DNA of 64,000 bases, taken from NCBI RefSeq assembly GCF_009914755.1, contig NC_060936.1; one strand, given 5' to 3'. Position numbers and translations under genes: made by a program. The stretch comes from the human T2T-CHM13v2.0 reference genome, Homo sapiens. The notes under the pieces are model-generated. The model did not search any database. It saw only the letters and a program-made list of their open reading frames with translations, and was not told the DNA's origin. Shown one piece after another: positions 43,828-58,400 of this stretch; positions within the stretch are counted from its first letter, which is position 1, and every line of letters begins with the position of its first letter.

Positions 43828-44384
43828 CTAGAGAAAAAGAATTCAGGCTTATATGAGTCATGGCCTTTCTGCCATTTGGGGCATAAATTTTAAAAATTCA
43901 GCTTGCCATTTCCATCTATGTACTTCCCCTGACTATCCTTTTTAAAGTACAACATGAACTTACTTTTGTTTTATAGTACTACATTATTATGTTTACACTT
44001 TACTATATAAATAAAACTATATTTATGCCATGGAAAGTACCCTTAGCAAAATCCTATATACTATTAAAATTAGTTAATTCGTAATGTATAATGAAACCTA
44101 ACATTACCAGAAAGGGACTTGGTTAGTGAAAAGGCAGATGTAGGGAGAAAGACATGTATTTAAATCACAGATCCACATATACAAACTTGATAACTTCACA
44201 AATAACCTAGCTTTTGCATCCCAGTTTTCCTAATTTGCAAAAGACGAAAGAAATAAAAAAGAAAAGGATACTGTCACAATCCAGTATGGGTATTTTAAAA
44301 ATAAAATAAAAATATAATGAACTTAGCATCAATAACATCAATCATTTAGTAAGCTTTTAGTAAATAGCAGTGTGTCTAATTTTC

Positions 44385-44693
<309 letters not shown>

Positions 44694-45587
44694 TAGGCTA
44701 AAATAGTGGGGTCTAATGATTTAGAACAAAGACAGATAATCTTGCCTCTGAACAAAATACCTAAAGAATCATTTTGCTCTCTTGAAATATTAATTATTTA
44801 CTGATGATTAATATTTACTTAAAAGCCTTTTTTAAACTTTTATTTTTGGTTCAGGGGTGCATGCGAAGGTTTGTTACATATGTAAATTCATGTCACGGGG
44901 GTTTGTTGTACAAAAGCCTTTTATAAATTAAATGATAATATGAATTATATTTTATAGGTAAAATTAGACATTGATTGCGCATGTAATACCTAACTCAGTT
45001 ATTTTACATATGGAGTAAAGAGAGTAGGTATCACTTTATGGATGAAGAAATTGAATGCTAGAGATGGCCAAAATCATAAAGCTTATTTAATATAATGTTA
45101 CCAACTGTGAATAAGTTATAAATTTATAAACACCTTTAGGATAAAAAGTGCTTTAACATACATGTCAGTTGATTTGAATATTACACAAATCTAAGATAAA
45201 TATGGAATGTTTCATGCCTGTATTTGATAGAAAAAGAAACTAAACTAAACTACACAGAGGTTGCAAATTGACCCTTCAAATCTAGAGAGCGGTAAAAGTT
45301 TGAGTAAAATTCAAGTCTGACTCCACATCTATTTCACTATTTCAAGCTGTCCCAAGTTGTGAGCGACTTTACCATAATATAGTTAATAAAATAAAGGGAA
45401 AAAAGTTTTTAAGTTTTGGAAGACTTGATTTAAAATACAATATGAACATAACATGAAATCAACATAAATAGAACATGAAAAGAATCAGAGTAAATTGCTT
45501 GCCTATGCCTTATATGCTTGTATGAAATTCTTGGTATCTTAAAATTGTATAAAAACAAAACTACACACTTATGTGGTAAAAACATAC

Positions 45588-45627
45588 CCCAGCTGTGTCG
45601 AGACCTCCGACCACGAATCCACCCCAT
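45588..45627 (-). CDS. KLRK1: KLRK1/NKG2D first coding exon (exon 2; whole exon 45588-45692 including 5'UTR), MGWIRGRRSRHSW(E)
   Basis: Translation matches the NKG2D N-terminus. Acceptor TTATTCAG|G at 45692, donor G|GTATGT at 45588. 40 coding nt. Confidence 0.98.
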
Positions 45628-46012
45628 CAAATACTTATAAGTGCACGTCTACCGCAGAGAGGAATCTAAAGTCTTCAATGCACAAAGGATTCCTGAATAA
45701 AATAAAACTGGGCATTTGTTTTTTGTTCTCTTTCCCGTGGTGAGATAAAATATTTTGAATAGAAAAGTAAAATGCAGAAACTTTTCCCCTGTGCATGCCT
45801 TTAAGAAAAGAATAGAAATGACAATTCACATAAAGCCAGGCAAAATTAATTTTATACATTTCTCTTGGTTGTAAAATAATCGCCAATTACTTCAAAATGT
45901 CATAACAATATAATGAACCTATTAATTCACCTACATTGAGATATTTAATACCAATATTTTACTTTACTGATATTAGATAACAACACACCCAGTTTTCTGT
46001 TTATAGTCGTTT

Positions 46013-46046
46013 ATTGCTTCTTGGCCTTTTAGCTAAGATCAAGTGT
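46013..46046 (+). pseudogene. 3'-truncated U2 snRNA retrocopy (nt 1-34)
   Basis: attgcttcttggccttttagctaagatcaagtgt versus U2 ATCGCTTCTCGGCCTTTTGGCTAAGATCAAGTGT (3 mismatches). Confidence 0.9.
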
Positions 46047-46759
46047 TTCCAGTTGTTTATTTTATCTGGCAATAATTTAGTTTTCTTTCTGCAAGCTAAA
46101 CTCAGGTAAGTTATATGCACTTTTGTTGAATGTCCTTTTCTAGTGCATTTTAATCCAACGTGCCCATATCATCATCATCAACAAATTATCATCACCATCA
46201 TCATTAACAAAACTAATCTCACATGTTTATATAGTAACATCTTAGCAATGCACAGCAGAGCTTCCAGAAAAAACCATTTAATAAATAAGCATAGTGCTTA
46301 GATTTCAAAAATAAAAGCTATTTCATATTTGATTATGATAGTTGGAAAGCACAGATATAACTTGTTTCACCTTGCATGTAAAGATGTGTATCAAAGGTAA
46401 GTGCCCCCTACAGCATCAGAAAACTCAAAAATTTGACAATTTAAATTGAATCTCAATTCTTCTCATCCTAAATGTAAAGATTCATTTTTCTAGTTTTGCT
46501 TAGAGACAAGGCTTCTTCTTATAGTAATATTACAACTTCTGATTCTTCAATAAGTATATCCTAATTACCTATCATCAGATACAGTGATAGAATATACATC
46601 AGAAATGATAAGCATTCCGTATCCTCAGGAGTTCTATTCAAGCATCTAAGAAACAATTAGAATTACCTTATAGTGTAAATATTTTTATTTTTTTGAGGTT
46701 GAAATATAATTTCTCATATCTTGAATAATAAACACACACACATACACACATACACACAC

Positions 46760-46871
46760 CTGCTCAGAGAGGGAAGATCTTGATTCTTGTGGATAAAAGC
46801 CTTCTATAAAACTAGAAAATTTAGATATGTCCTCAGTTCCTGATCTAGAATTGAAAGTGGAGATACTTAGT
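46760..46871 (-). other. KLRK1: KLRK1 non-coding exon 1 (5'UTR); TSS position approximate
   Basis: Donor GAGCAG|GTGTGT at 46760. Sequence resembles my recollection of the KLRK1 mRNA 5' end. Confidence 0.8.
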
Positions 46872-46894
46872 GAATTTCTATCTTTGAGAAAGAT

Positions 46895-46960
46895 GTGACA
46901 AATATTATAATCTCATCTTCCTGTGGAAAAACATAAACCACAGTACTTCCGCCTTATCAC
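46895..46960 (-). promoter_or_regulatory. KLRK1 proximal promoter: TATA-like, ETS, RUNX, ETS and GATA motifs
   Basis: aatattataa 46901-46910, cttcctg ~46917-46923, aaccaca 46936-46942, acttccg 46945-46951, cttatc 46953-46958, all just upstream of exon 1. Confidence 0.6.
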
Positions 46961-47017
46961 TACAAAAATATTGTTAATTTGGTAAAAGAGTTAAGACCAC
47001 CCATTGTTGGATAAATG

Positions 47018-47062
47018 TTAGGTTGGTGCAAAAGTAATTGTAGTTTTGCCATTATTTTAAAT
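47018..47062. mobile_element. MADE1 (Hsmar1-derived MITE) fragment
   Basis: ttaggttggtgcaaaagtaattg TIR. Confidence 0.85.
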
Positions 47063-47872
47063 AACATTTTAGGATTTGAAAATGATGAATTTAAATGATG
47101 CCATTTAATCCTAAATATTTTAGAGATTCAATTCAATTCCAGTTAATACCTCAGGTTTTGTTGTAGAACTTACAAAGCAGAATTCTACATGTACATTAAA
47201 TTACAAAAGTCAAGACTAGGAAAGTCACAATTGAAGATGAAGAAAATGTGGGAGCCTTGTTTTACTAGATAGTAAGACCTATGTTAAAACCGTATTAATA
47301 AAGGCAAAGTGGCATGTGGGGCATAGATAGACAAATTGAGAAGGGTAAAAATACAGACAAGAAAAAGTCATGTGCATAGATTAAAAAATATAAGGTAACA
47401 TTGCAGATAAAGTGGGAAATTAGCTCCTATTCAATAATTTGTCCTGGGTTACTATCACACTGGCCTTTAAGTTACAAAAAATTAGTCCTGGGAATTTTTA
47501 AATTTTAATATAAAAAACATGAAATTGCATCTCTGTCATATCTACATCATATGCAGGAGAATTAGAAACTTAAATATATACCCCAGTATACATAAGAATA
47601 ATATATGAATTGATACCAATGAACAAGATAAGCTAAATATATATTTTATGTTTATTAATTTAAAATACTAACATAAGACATCATATAAAGTAATATAAGA
47701 TGAACACATTATAACATTTTAACAAAAACCAAAGCTATTAATCTTAAAACTCTGAAATATAAGGAAGGAAAACAGCTTTCATGTGGTGATGTGTTAAAGT
47801 TGGACAATAAATTTATTCAACATTTTTTTTCTTTAGCGAATGCTATTTGCTATGCACTTTTCTAGATCTTGA

Positions 47873-48245
<373 letters not shown>

Positions 48246-48651
48246 TAGTTTAGGTGATATAAAATGAATAAGTATAAAACAAATTCAAAATTAAACAAGA
48301 TAGGTGAATATAAAACAAGTTGAAGAAAATATGTTATTTTCTGACATACCAAGATTCTTTTCAGCTAATCAACATTTTCTATTAGCTATTTTATATAGTA
48401 AAAATAGATCTATATAGAGGAAATATAGGCTGATATTTTCTAACAACTACATTTTAACAAATATTTGGTTTTTGAAAGGAAATGAATAAATGAGTAAATG
48501 CAGGCTTTTTATGGGAAAAACCTGAATCACAATTTCCTGAAGAGTTATTTTTATATATGTAGTTTTCGATTGAATAGAGATTGTCTCTTAAATACAGAAT
48601 TGAGAAAAGGGGGATAGGAATAGGATAAAAAAGAACATTTGAATATCCTAC

Positions 48652-48708
48652 CTATTTCGTTTAGTTCAAATGGCAACTTACAGCCAACTGGGAAGTCCCC
48701 ACACATAC
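48652..48708 (-). other. Candidate upstream non-coding exon (alternative KLRK1 or KLRC4-KLRK1 readthrough)
   Basis: Acceptor TTCTTTTAG|G, donor ATAG|GTAGGA. A matching internal acceptor TTCAATTCTAG|ATCAGG lies at 46844 in exon 1. Confidence 0.5.
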
Positions 48709-51441
48709 CTAAAAGAAGATTTCTGAAATAAATACCATGATAAAGCTAAGCACCAGGGAGAGTTTTATTGTCATATATAAAGGTCCCTAAACCAACTGAC
48801 AGAGTGTGGAAAGGATTCTTAAAGAAGAAAATTCTAAAATGGGTCCTGTATGTCGGGTTAAAACAATTAGTTAGATAAAGAAATAGTATGTTAAAACTCC
48901 AATTTCTTTCTCAATGTTGAACATACACTCACTTTGCTGTAGTCATGATAGTAAACTTATTGGGGATTTGCTGGGCATTTGTACTGGTTTATTCTATGTG
49001 AATTGCAAAAGGACATAGCATAGTTTTCAGATAAAATACTTTCTAATAAGTGAAATAAAACCAACGCAATTAACTTCTGCAGAAAGAATAATTTGACTAT
49101 AAAAGTACCTGAACAAACTTCATATAGACGTATCTATATAACTTTCAAAAACTATTGTTAGAAGAAAAATTACAATATTTTGCAAACAGCCTGGGCTCAA
49201 GTCATTTGAGAACATCCATCACCACAATAAACTATTTAATTACTTTCATTAGTTGAGAAGAGCCAACAATCAACCGGCCTTTTTGGTCAGTAAGCTAACT
49301 CGCACTGTGGCCTCAGAAAACCCTTCTCTTCTGGTACACAGGAAAGACTTAACACGCAGCCAACTTGTGGTTAGAAACAGAGTGCTTGGCAGGTTGCTGG
49401 CTTCAAGCTGTGACACTAAAGCTGGATGTGGTCAGAGGCGTTTACTGGACGCTTGCCCAAATATGAAAGCTTAAGATGTGCAGCTATTGCCAAGCAAAAA
49501 TTTTGTAATCTTGACCTTTTGGTAAATGTGTTTGAATTGACAAAAGACATGTCAAAAAGGACAAATTTTTAAAATTCACATGGACAATAAAGAAAATAAA
49601 AAGGAGTGGAAGAAATAGAGCTGAGTCTTTGGATATGCAGGGGCATCTATGGCCACACCACCATGATGCATCCAGTCTCGTCTGGACACGCATGGGCATA
49701 TTGAAGCAGAAGTGAAATGATGACTAATGTAAAAGTAAAAAAGTCTGCAAACATATTTTAAGAAATATGTATATATATATTTTCAGAACCTATTTTCCAT
49801 TCAGCTAGGTATTAAGTACTGGGCTACACATACTGACATATAATGTTAACTGGTGTATTGTAATTATATGAACTCAAGGCAGAGATTCCATAAATCTGGA
49901 ATTTATACTTTGGGGAAAAACAGGTCATCATCTTGGCAATTAATTAATTTTCTCTGGCACAGCTTCCTAAGCCAGGAATGATTAAATGATTTTTTTGCCC
50001 CATCTCAGTTGAAATTTTGTATAATTCTAAAATTTAGCAATTCAATTGAAATATCTTTAGCAAATATTTGTGTTATATTAACTTAATCCATGCTAGGACA
50101 CACCATTGTTTTGATTGTTTAATTGCAATCTATATGGTATAACGGAACAGAAAAGTGTTTTTCCCACTCTGGTATTATCTTTATAATTGTGCATAAATAG
50201 CCATACATAAATAGTAACTTTAAACAATTGCTCTCAAGTAAGTCACATGCATGATTTGCAGGTCAGATGACATCATATTTTTTATTAGCATCCTGGTTAC
50301 TTTTCTCTGATTGCTTATTTGATTGCCATTAAACCTTCCATTTCCTGCTATAGTGATAATCTCCACATTCATAGATGGAACGATGCCTTTAACGACTTCT
50401 GCATCTTGGATTCAAATGGATTTTGTGTTTACTTCAGTGCTTCAAATATCAAAGAAGTCTAGAATTTTGAAGATGACTTAAATTTGTGACATTACTTACC
50501 ACAAGTGCCTAAAGACACAGATATAGGGATAAGACAGCATTTTTCTTCCTAAGGAAAATGGCTCATTAATTGTAGAAATGAGTGAAGCAAGGTGTCTCAA
50601 GTCACATTTTTTTCCCTCTTACGTACCTATTAGCAGGTGCTCAAATTTTAGTTGACTTATTTCTCCTTCCTTTATCCCCAGTAGCTTCATTTGTGTGCAA
50701 AGGAATAAAAAATGCAAGTGGTTAAAAGTCTACAACGCTTGCATTATATTTTGGCGAATATAAAAATCACTACTAAAATCTTACAATGTTCCTCTTGAGG
50801 TCTTAGCCAAGAGGTCCTGGCGTTTTTCTGCACTGTAATAATGTTGTCTTCATAATTTGACATAGAAGTAATAGTACCAAAGCTTAACAAAAATAAGTAA
50901 ATAGGAAATTACTGATATTTTCATAATATCATTCTATATTTATTTATTGAGCTTTTATCTATTATGGAGCAAGCATATTGTTTGGCCATGAATAAACAAA
51001 GTTCAATAAAGTATAAAGCACAGTTCCTATCATCTAGTTGTCCACACTCTATTTAAGGCATACACAGAAGCAGATGGTTTTAAATTAGTATGTAATTCAC
51101 AACGGTAGACACAAACTCTGGGTGTTTTAAATGATAGTATTATAAAGGACAATTTTCTAATAGGTCTCCAGTATTAAATGTGAGAAAATGGTGTTAGAGA
51201 AGGTGTCCTAGATTGGGTGATTTCTGGAGATTAAAAAAAAAACGTTAGAAATCAAGGTAATGTTGTTAAAACATACAAAATACCAAAGACAGAAATCTCT
51301 AAAACATAGAAGAGAGACATTAAAATGAATAAAAAATGCTATATGCAGTCCAGTATTGTTGGTTTATTAAGTGGCGTTATGAAGAGCTGGAGATGAAAAC
51401 AGCCTGGGGCAACCTGGAACCACAAGAAAGGGTGTGAGTGA

Positions 51442-52000
51442 TGTAGGGAAAAGAAAGAGAGATCAGACTGTTACTGTGTCTGTGTAGAAAGGGAGGAAGG
51501 CCACTGTCTCCTGCCTGCCCCTGGGAACTGAATGTGTCGGTATAAAACCCGATTGTACATTTGTTCAATTCTGAGATGGGGGAAAAACCACCCTATGGTG
51601 GGAGGCGAGACACGTTTGCAGCAATGCTGCCTTGTTATTCTTTACTCCACTGAGATGTTTGGGTGGAGAGAAACATAAATCTGGCTTACGTGCACGTCCA
51701 GTCATAGTACCTTCCCTTGAACTTAATTATGACGTAGATTCTATTGCTCACATGTTTTTTTCCTTATTATCACCCTGCCCTCCTACTACATTCCTTTTTG
51801 CTGAAAGAATGAAGATAATAATCAATAAAAACTGAGGGAACTCAGAGACCAGTGCCCACTGCAGCTCCTTGGTATGCTGAGCGCCAGTCCCCTGGGCCCA
51901 CTGTTGTTTCTCTATACTTTGTCTCTGTCTTATTTCTTTTCTCAGTCTCTCGTCCCACCCGACTAGAAATACAGGTGTGGAGGGGCAGGCCACCCCTTCA
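51442..52000 (+). mobile_element. HERV-K(HML-2) LTR5A-like solo LTR with a large U3 deletion
   Basis: tgtagggaaaagaaagagagatcagactg...ggccaccccttca. 5-bp TSD agtga. Confidence 0.92.
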
Positions 52001-53018
52001 AGTGAGAAGAAAGATTTATAATCTAAGCTATGTTGTTTGATAGTACCATGTAGTCAGTAAAAAGCCTTTGAGGGGTTTTAAGGAAGAGGTTAACAAGGCA
52101 GGGTTTCCATGCTTTGAGCAGACAATGTGACCTACTCAGAAGATAATGAATTTGATATTAATGGGGCTAGAACAGGCACAAATGGTTAAGGGCCACATGC
52201 CATAGAAGCAAATGATGTTTTTACGTGGAACTGTGATATTAACAAAGAAAACTATTTCTCAGTGGAAATACCAATCTCTACCAGAAAGGAGAACTAATTA
52301 CTGACAATGCTACACTAGAACAGATTTAGAATGTAATGTTGGTTTCCTTCTCTGAGGAAGTGGGGTGTATCTAAATGGCTGTTATTGTTATATAGCAACA
52401 TTGTGGTTGCTGCATAGTAACCTTGTGTGTTTATTACCAATTTATTGCCTCTTAGTTTCAAATCTATCCTTCACCATCCTGCTCTACCATAATGAAAGCA
52501 GAGCCCATAAAATTTCTCCCTTGCCAGCTTATATGATAAATTTTGTCCCTAAAAGGCAGTGTGTAGTCTGGAGGAAAAAGGGTTTTTCTTCCTGGTTTTA
52601 TGATACTTTCTCTCCTTTTGCTCCTATGACTGTGGCTACCAGCTGCATGTTTGCATAACATCCTGCGGTATTTACCCTCCAGCAAGTTTTTGTTAGCTGT
52701 CCGGATCCCTGTTACATGCCTTCCGGTATCTAGCTCCAGCACTCTGGAATGAAAACTCTTCCTCCTGGCCAGTCACAGCGTGAGATCCATCCTCGCCAAT
52801 TTCAACTTGCTAGTTTTAGAACTGCCCTGTCCTAGGGCCACCCACAATTGTTGAATTGTCATTTTAAACACCTTCAAAGACTAGAAGAAATTAATTCATC
52901 GTGGAAATATTCATTTTATTCAGCACTTAGAAATAACAGTTCTTGATAATATTATGATTTATAATTTATACATGGTGTATTTTAATGAATTGCAGGTGTT
53001 TAAGAAATAAGTAACATA

Positions 53019-53325
53019 GCAGGGCGCGGTGGCTCATGCCTGTAATCCCTCACGCCTACAATCCCTCACGCCTGTAATCTCAGCAGTTTGGGAGGCCGAG
53101 GTGGACAGATTGCTTGCGGTAAGGAGTTTGAGACCAGCGTAGCCAACATGGCGAAACCCCATCTCTACGAAAAATTAGCCAGGCATGGTGGTGAGTGCCT
53201 GTAGTCCCAGCTACTTCGGAGGTGGAGGCCGAAGAATTGCTTGAGCCTGGAAGGCTGAGATCTCAGTGAGCCGAGACTGCCACTGCACGGGTGACAGAGC
53301 GAGCCTCTGTCTCAAAGAAAGAAAG
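53019..53325 (+). mobile_element. Alu (J or old S) with a 3 x 16-bp stutter near the 5' end
   Basis: tcatgcctgtaatccc / tcacgcctacaatccc / tcacgcctgtaatctc. Confidence 0.88.
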
Positions 53326-54559
53326 AGTATGTACCTGGATATGTATTTTTAAAATAATGTAAAGATTTAAAAATAGTTCGAAGAACCTAATTGTATGGCT
53401 TTTGAAGCAACTAGAAGTATGTTCTTTACAGATGGTGGGAGTAATGTTATATTAAGTTTGTGTAAGCTATAACACTTAAGTGTTTATAAGCATGTTTATA
53501 AGCTGGTGTTTACAAGCATGTTTTTATTTCCGAACAAAATTCAAAAGAAGTTTGTCTTTGTAAAAATTCAGATGTGCACAGTTCTTGTTCCTCTCTGAAG
53601 ATATTGGAAATGTATTGCTAATACTGGTAATATATAACAATTTTTTTATGAATAGATGACTTATTTAATAGTTACGTATCTAAATCTGAATATTTTCTAT
53701 ATAATTTGTCTATGGAAACAAATATTTATACAATTGTTCACATATTGCTCTTTTCTTTGTAATGTTATTCCTTCTAGGTATAAAATATAGACGTTCTCAA
53801 GAAGATTAGTGTTTGCAATAGAAAGCTGGGCCATTTGGCCACACCTGCAAATGATTATTGGTTTTGCGGGAGACTGCAATCCATAAAAAATTACTGGCAG
53901 AGTTTGAGAATTTGTATAAGAAAACAAATTTTATGAGATGCAAAATCAATACTATTATACTAATTTAAATTTTGTAATAGCAAAGCTAATTCTTGTTACT
54001 TTTCAGTCTTTCAATTCACTAAGATAATGAGTGTTACGCACTGAACACATACAAATGTATTGCTGTGACTGAATGAAGAGGACAAATTAACAAAGCAATT
54101 CCGAGGCCCTGGAAATTGATCAAAGGCTAATAATCATTTGTGAACTATTTATTCTTGGAAAAACTGCTAGAGATTCAAGGAAGAGTGCAGCAAATTTGTA
54201 GTAAGTTTACCTAGTGCTGCTCCCGTGCCTTCTGCCCACCCACCACACCCAGCACAGTGAGTAACAGTTGCAGTTTTTACAGCTGGGGGAAAATCAACAG
54301 TGTTTTTTGCCACAAGGACAGACTTGATTAGCGGTCAGAGGTTGGGGCATAGTGTAACAGACCACTGCTTTTCAACTGAAAGTGCTGAATTTTGCAGGAA
54401 ATGAATGAGAAAACCCCATTTTTTGTTGTTTTTTATTTTTTTTAGTCTGAGGTGTAGTCTCCTCTGGGGCAAGAACAGTGCCAGCCATAAATATAACAAA
54501 ATCCTAAACATGAGAGTGCAATAGACCTCATGACATTAGCCCTCTACATATTCTTTAAA

Positions 54560-55065
54560 TTTTTTTTTAAATTGACACATTGTAATTGTACATATTTATG
54601 GGGTACAACTTGATGTTCAATACATATATATGTTACATTAAATAATCAAATCAGGGTATTTAGTGTATCTGTCTACCTCATGTATTTATCATTTCTTTGT
54701 GGTGAGAACGTTCAAAAGCCTCTGTTCTAGCTATTTTGTAATATGCAATATCTTACTGTTAACCATCATCACCCTACTATGCAATAGAACAGAACTTATT
54801 CCTCCTACCTAACTATAACTTTGTACCCATTGACCAAGCTCTCACCCTGTCCCCCTCTTTTTCTCTCCTCCAGTCTCTGTTGACCACTGTTCTGGTGTTT
54901 TTCTGGTGATCGCTCTGCTTCTATAATATCAGCTCTTTTTTGCTTTATTTCTACATGAGTGAGATTATGTGATATTTGTCTTTCTGTATCTGCCTTATTT
55001 CACTTAACATGATGCTCAGCAGGTTCATCCATGTTGTATAAATGACAGGATTTTATTCTTGATTA
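54560..55065 (-). mobile_element. L1MA 3' end
   Basis: attgacacattgtaattgtacatatttatggggtacaa pattern. Confidence 0.8.
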
Positions 55066-55172
55066 TTGAAAAAAATATGCATATGTGTAGAGGAGACCAG
55101 GGTGATTCCAGTAAAAAGTAAAAGCCCAAGGAGACTTGAGAACTGATTGCAAATTTATGAACACTTCCTTCA

Positions 55173-55205
<33 letters not shown>

Positions 55206-55449
55206 GCTAGCACAGAGTGGAGCCTCTACTAACTTAAGGTTTTCGAATAAACCTTTTAAAATAATATATTGGCTGACAACCAAGCTATGCAATTCACAAG
55301 GGCAATCCCTAGGAAATGGGGCTAAAAAATAAAAATAAAAAATTAGAATTTGAAACAAAAACATCAGCAAATGCATTTTAAAGGAGAAAGATTCTGCAGT
55401 AAAATTTTATGTAAGTTACCCCCCCAAAATCTTTATAAACCCCCCAAAT

Positions 55450-58400
55450 TTATTTGTATGATACTATATTATAAAAAATGTCTATTATAAGAAATTAGAA
55501 AACATGCAGAAACTGGAAAATGTCTTCCATACTTGGAGGGAAAGACAATCAGTCAATAAAATCTGACTTTTTCTGGGACAAGATGGTAGATTTATCAGAA
55601 AATATATTTTAAAGTAACTATTATAAATGTACTTAAATTATACAGAAAAGTATGTTCAATTAATTAAATGAAAATATGATGGCAATGAGAAAACAAGTAG
55701 GAAATTTTGTCAGAGAAATGAAAACCAAGAAATAAACCAAATTCTGAGTTGAGAAGTACATTACTTGAAACGAAAAATTCACTAAATTGGCTAGAAAAAA
55801 AATTGAGATTCAAAAGGAAGAATTCATCAACTTTGGGATATATTAATAGAAATTATTCATCCCAGAGAAAAAGAGAATACAGAAAGATGTAGAAAAATAA
55901 TATTAAGACAAAACTGACTTAAAAACTTTTCAAATTTGCTTTTTTAAAAATGTATACATCCAAGATGCTAAGCAAACTAATGACTAATAGAATCAGCATG
56001 TAGAAATCCCCATCTCAAAACATCATAATCAAATGATTGAAGAGGATTTTAAGACAAAGACCCTGAGATAATCTTGTGGAACAGGTAGGACGGATTATGA
56101 GATGACTTGAGTCTGTGTGAATGCCAGGGAATGGTTGAGGTATCCCCCACCAGCAGGAGTATTTTGACCACATTACCTTCCAGAGAACCCACATTTGCCC
56201 TGAATACTATTCTAGATTGGAAGGAGGCAACATCAACAAGATAGAGGAATAGCATACCCCAGCACTTGCTCCCCATAGAAACAACAACTTAATACATCCA
56301 GAAATAAACGTCGGTACATATGGACTAGTGATTTTCAATAAGAGTGCCAAGACCATTCAATGGGAAAAGGGCAGTATCTTCCAGAAATAGTGTTGAGAAA
56401 ACTGGCTAAACATATGCAAAAGAGTGAAATCAAAGCCTTACATTACACCATCTACAAATATTAACTCATAATGTATTGAAGACTTAATGATAAGATCCAA
56501 AACTGTAAAACTTCTAGAAGAAAACATGTGAGGAAAGCTTCATGAAATTGGATTTAGCAATCATTTCTTGATAAAACACCCAAATCACAGCCAACAAAAG
56601 CAAAAAATAGGCAAATGGGATTACATCAGACTTAAAAATGTCTGCAGAGCAAATGATTGAAGCAACAAAATCATGTATCTAATAAGGGATTAATATCCAG
56701 AATATATTAAGAACTTATGTAATCCAATGACAAAAACCCTAATAACCCTATTTAAAAATGGACAAAGGATTCAAATAGATATTTCTCCAAAGAAGATATA
56801 CAAATGTCCAATAAGCATATGAAAAGATGCTCAACATTACTATCATCAGAAAAACATAAATCAAAACCACTGTTAAATATCACTTCATACCCATTAGCAT
56901 GGCCGCTATGAAAAAAGCAGAAAATAACAATTATTGCTTAGGTTGTGAAGAAATTTGGGCCCTTGTGCACTGTTAATGAAAATGTAAAATGGTACAGTCA
57001 CTATGGAAAACATTATGGAGGTTCCTCAAAAAATTTAAAATTGAGTTGACATATGAACCAACAATCTTACTTCTGTAGAGCCAAAGGAGTTGAGATCAGG
57101 AACTTGAACAGGTATCGGCACTCCCATGTTCATTGCAACAGTTAAAACATAGAAGCAACATACAAGCCCATTGATGAATTGGTGGATAAAGAAAATGTGG
57201 CATGTGTATAAAATGGAATACAATTCTGCCATTAAAAAGAAGAAAAAGCTATTGCAACAACATGGATAAACCTGAAGGACATTATGCTGAGTAAAATAAT
57301 AGTAAATTCATAGAAGCAGGGAGTAGAAGGGTGGTTGTCAGGGGCTGGGAGAGGGAAAAACAGGAGAGTATTAGTCAAAGGGTACAAACTTTCAGTTATA
57401 CGAGATGAACAAGGTCTAGATATCTGTTTTACTACACAGAACCTGTAGTTAATAATGTTGTATACTAAAGATTTGGCTAAGAGCGTAGATCTTAAGTGTT
57501 TGTATCACAAAAAATAATAATAAAGAAGGTGGAAGGAAACTTCTGGAGATTACAGATATGTTTATGACACAGATTGTGGTGGTTTCATGGTTATACACTT
57601 ATCTCTAATCTTATCAAGTTGTATGCATTAAATATGTACAGCTTTTTGTATGTCAATCATACTTCAATAAAGTTGTTTAAACATTTTTAAAAAGGATAAT
57701 ATACTTTATTTTAAAAAAGGAAGTCTTGTTGCATGCTGCAACATGGATAAATCTTAAGGACATTATGCTAAGTTAAATAAGCCAGTCACACAAAAAAAAT
57801 GCTGCCTGCTTTATTTATATGAGATATCTAAAGTATTCAAACTCATAGAAACAGAAAGTAGAATGCTGATTGCTAGGGGCAAAAAGGGGAGTTGTCCAAT
57901 GTGTATAGAGTTTCAGTTTTGCAAAATGAACAAATTCTAGAAATCTGTTGTAAAATGTGAATATAGTTAACACTACTGACCTGTTCACTTAAAAATGGTT
58001 GAGATATATGATATGGTTAAGATGTAATGGCTCAGATGTAACATACTGTATGAGTTCAACTATATGACATTCTGGAAAAGTAAACAACTATGGAGACAGT
58101 ACAAAAATCGATGCTTGCCATGTGTTTGAAGGAGGAAAGGATGAATGGGCAGAGCACAGAAGATTTTCAGGGCAATGCAATTATTCTGTATGATCTATGA
58201 TGATAAAGACATGTCATTATCATTATATATTTGGCCAGACCCATAAAGTGTAAAACACTGAGTGAAACTTAACATAAGCTATGGTCTTTCAATAATAATG
58301 ATGTTTCAATTGTAACAAATATACCATGCTGATGGGGGATATTGATCATGGGAGAAGTAGTGCATGAGTGAGGACCATGGGAAGTCTCTGTAGCTTTCTC

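Noticed and set aside
57240-57790. Two similar caacatggataaa...ggacattatgct segments
   Set aside because: Homologous 3' ends of separate old L1MA/MB insertions, not a local duplication.
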